Source: Octopus sinensis (taxonomy: Eukaryota). From it: 64,000 nt of DNA. Below are positions 60,986 through 64,000 of this stretch, in pieces. The stretch is taken from the NCBI RefSeq assembly GCF_006345805.1, contig NC_043016.1, positions 21,204,001 to 21,268,000 of the forward strand, given 5' to 3'. A model generated the notes under the pieces. The model saw only the letters and a list, made by a program, of their open reading frames with translations, did no database searches and was not told the DNA's origin. How positions within the stretch are numbered: the first letter of the stretch is position 1; each line of letters begins with the position of its first letter. Made by a program: the position numbers and the translations under genes.

Positions 60986-62934
60986 TACACACACACACAC
61001 ACACAAAAGTGTGTTTGTGTGTATACATGTTATGTATAAACTCGATTGCTTCTATGTAGGTATTATGCTTCAACACATTTCTTGAAGTGTGTTCTGTTAT
61101 TCTATTCTGCTTATATCACAGAAGTGGTTTTGATCAGGCTTAAAAAAGATCCTGGTTCCATACACCCCTCTAAAAATTCCTCAAGGTGATGCCCCAGCAT
61201 GGTCGCAATCTAATGACTGCAACAAGTAAAAAGATTTTAAAAAACAAAATATATCACAGAAGTGGTTTTGATCAGGCTTTAAAAAAAAAATTCTGAGTTC
61301 CATACAGCCATCTAAAATTTCTTCAAGGTGGTGCCCCAGCATGGGCGGATGCTGTCTAATAACTGCAACAAGTTAAAAAAAAATTCCCGGGTCAATGCTT
61401 TCAACTAAAAATTCTTTGAGGTAATAGTGCCCAACATGGCCATAGCCTAATGTTTATTTAATTATTAAATTATTTATTACTTTGTATTACTATTTTATTA
61501 GGTCTATTGCTACTCGAAGGGGCTCTATTGGAGGTATATGATCAAGTTGATATCCAAGCAACAAAGGTACAAAATGAATAAAAGAAAAGAATTTTAAATG
61601 TTTCATAGTGTCAATTCACTTTGAAATAGTTTCTCTAACCTACTTTTATCAAATGTGCTAGTAAATTGCTTTAAGATTTATAGTTATAGAAACTTGAAGC
61701 ATCACCAGTGGAAGACTTGGCCATTCTCTCTTATAACAGTATCAGGAAAGTTGTGGTAGTCTACAGTAGCAAAAATCATGCAGTGAGGTTCATGAGCGTG
61801 TATGAGTTTGCACGTTGTTAGGGAAAAGAGGAAACTGATGCTTCAGAGGCACTGAATATAAAGTAGAATATTGAATATTTATATAAGGTAGAATGAAGGA
61901 AAGGAATGAGGAGGTAAATATTGATCAACTTGGTAAATAATTGTATTAATGTATAGTCTGAGATGCAATAACTCTGGTTTTATCTTAAAATCTTTCTTCT
62001 GTGTGAAAGAACTATATCACTTTTTACAATATTCCAGTGCAGAAAATATCACCCTTCATACTTCTTTAACTGGTTATTTAGCTCCAGATTAACCCTGATC
62101 AAGCTAACTTAGAAATGTCTCTGTTTCAAGTGACCATGTAGATGGTCACATTGTCCCCTTTTCAATCTTCTTCACTTAGATGCTAAACTTGCACCGGCTG
62201 AGTGAACGGAGAATTTCAGAATATTTCTTTCAATGGAAACACGAAAATCCAATGTTTCAACAGTACAAAGATAGAATCACTTTAAATATCTAGGAAGTCT
62301 TGTACCTCATCTTTAATTAAAACCCCCAAACTCATTATATATATATATCGGACTTTAAAACCTCCAGTGATATCTGATAGCAGTCTCAAATTACCAAAAC
62401 CATGACACAAAGTGGAAGATCCTTCTTTGGAGTTAGCAAATACATCAGATACAAAGTTCAATTAAAACATATCACTCACATCTCTGGTATGATGTTGCTG
62501 CTACTACATGCACTAACAATAAACCAAATTCAACATTCTACAACTTCTAGCTCACAGTCAAATTTGTTTTTCCTGTCTACCTTATCATCTGTAATTCAAT
62601 GCATTCTGCTACCCTGAACCGTTTACCAGCACTCTCTTCATTGAGGCCCACACAACCATTTTTCCTTTCCTGTTCCCATTATCCTTAATGTTTCACCTCC
62701 CACATACTGCACTTTTCTAGAACAGCTACTCTTGGAAAGGCATTGCCTGACAACATTTTTATTTCAAACCTATAGACTGAACATTAACTTCAAAAAATCA
62801 TTGGCATTGGTCCTCATTCTTTGAACATACAGGACATGAGATGGTAAGATTAGTAGAGCATCTGATAGAGAAACAAAAAACTTCTGATGCTGATACATTT
62901 CACTTTATTGTTCTGGTTTTGTACCCAAAATAAA

Positions 62935-63075
62935 ACTGTAAGGGCAGCCAGCTGTAGAAACTCTGCCAAATCAAGACTGGAGCCTGGTGCAGCCATCTGG
63001 TTCGCCAGCCCTCAGTCAAAATTGTCCAACCCATGCTAGCATGGAAAGCGGACATTAAACGATGATGATGATGAT
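62935..63075 (+). mobile_element. RTE-type 3' tail fragment ending (GAT)n
   Basis: CCAACCCATGCTAGCATGGAAAGCGGACATTAAACGATGATG, shared with 16188-16330, 31340-31700 and 49760-49900. Confidence 0.8.
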
Positions 63076-63388
63076 CTCCAAAACTCCTCTTCATAATACA
63101 ATTTCTATACCACACTTTTGTAAGTCAATGTAGTTTCAAAAGACTACACACTGCTCTTTCCTGAACTTTACATCATGGCTTACACATAATCCTATACCAA
63201 AAAAGAACAAACATCCCAACTGACAATAACAGACAATTCACTGCTATATCTTATTTTACTTAACTCTTCTAATTTATGTATTTTCAGATCCATTTCAATT
63301 AATTCTGCCAACTCTCTTCACATCAAATTTCTGCATCTTTCTATTATTTCTAGACCCCTTACTTCATAAATTTTTTGTGAGCATGTGA

Positions 63389-64000
63389 TCGTTGTTACTA
63401 CGTTTATTCATACATTGTTACGAAAATTTAACCTTTTAGGCTACTTTCAAGCCTTCGCCATAACTTGATTTATCTTTCCTATCTCTCTCTCTACAAAATT
63501 TAACCTTAGGCTACCTCAAGTGTAATCCCATCTCTTCCCATCTTTCCGCCATTGGCGGTCTTTTTCCTCCTCTTCTTCTTCTTAAGCTAAAACTTGAAAA
63601 TCGCCATTACCATTACGATTCTGCAATTTAAATTCCCAATACAACTTACTTTCTTCTTCAATTTCAACTCTCGATCGATGCCCGCAGCAAGTTCTTAAAA
63701 ATTTATCTTACTATTTTTATTCGTTGTTACTACGTTTATTCATACATTGTTACGAAAATTTAACCTTTTAGGCTACTTTCAAGCCTTCGCCATAACTTGA
63801 TTTATCTTTCCTATCTCTCTCTCTACAAAATTTAACCTTAGGCTACCTCAAGCCGTAATCCCATCTCTTCCCATCTTTCCGCCATTGGCGGTCTTTTTCC
63901 CCCTCTTCTTCTTCTTATGCTAAAACTTGAAAATCGCCATTACCATTACGATTCTGCAATTTAAATTCCCAATTCAACTTACTTTCTTCTTCAATTTCAA
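63389..64000. repeat. Tandem repeat, unit about 332 bp, runs off the window end
   Basis: Copies start at 63389 and 63721 and are nearly identical; internal sub-repeat aaaatttaacctt..aggctac. Confidence 0.92.

Noticed and set aside
62470-62520. GTGAGT donor-like site as a possible upstream Dia exon
   Set aside because: No convincing acceptor, and the translation does not resemble the expected sequence.

Overview
AT-rich eukaryotic (animal) genomic DNA. The SINE, RTE and Penelope repeat content resembles that of octopus genomes; this is an inference from recalled repeat families. The backbone is one split gene on the minus strand, a Diaphanous-related formin. By hand I traced 17 phase-consistent coding exons (59154 down to 738; 2325 nt = 775 codons) covering GBD/DID, the FH3/dimerisation region, the coiled coil, a Pro-rich FH1 and the first half of FH2. 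Neither the start nor the stop of the gene was found in the window. One intron (38925-40205) is a U12-type AT-AC minor-spliceosome intron. The introns contain: a full-length Ty3/Gypsy element of CsRn1 type with apparently identical 418-bp LTRs; DD35D pogo and mariner relics; RTE and HERO-like LINE relics; two SINE families; Helitron-type and piggyBac-type non-autonomous elements; several long foldbacks; and a dense cluster of Naiad-type Penelope-like fragments carrying several different hammerhead ribozyme motifs, two with intact catalytic cores in the sense of the formin pre-mRNA. Most short ORFs in the supplied track are spurious. All alignments were done by eye; no searches were run.
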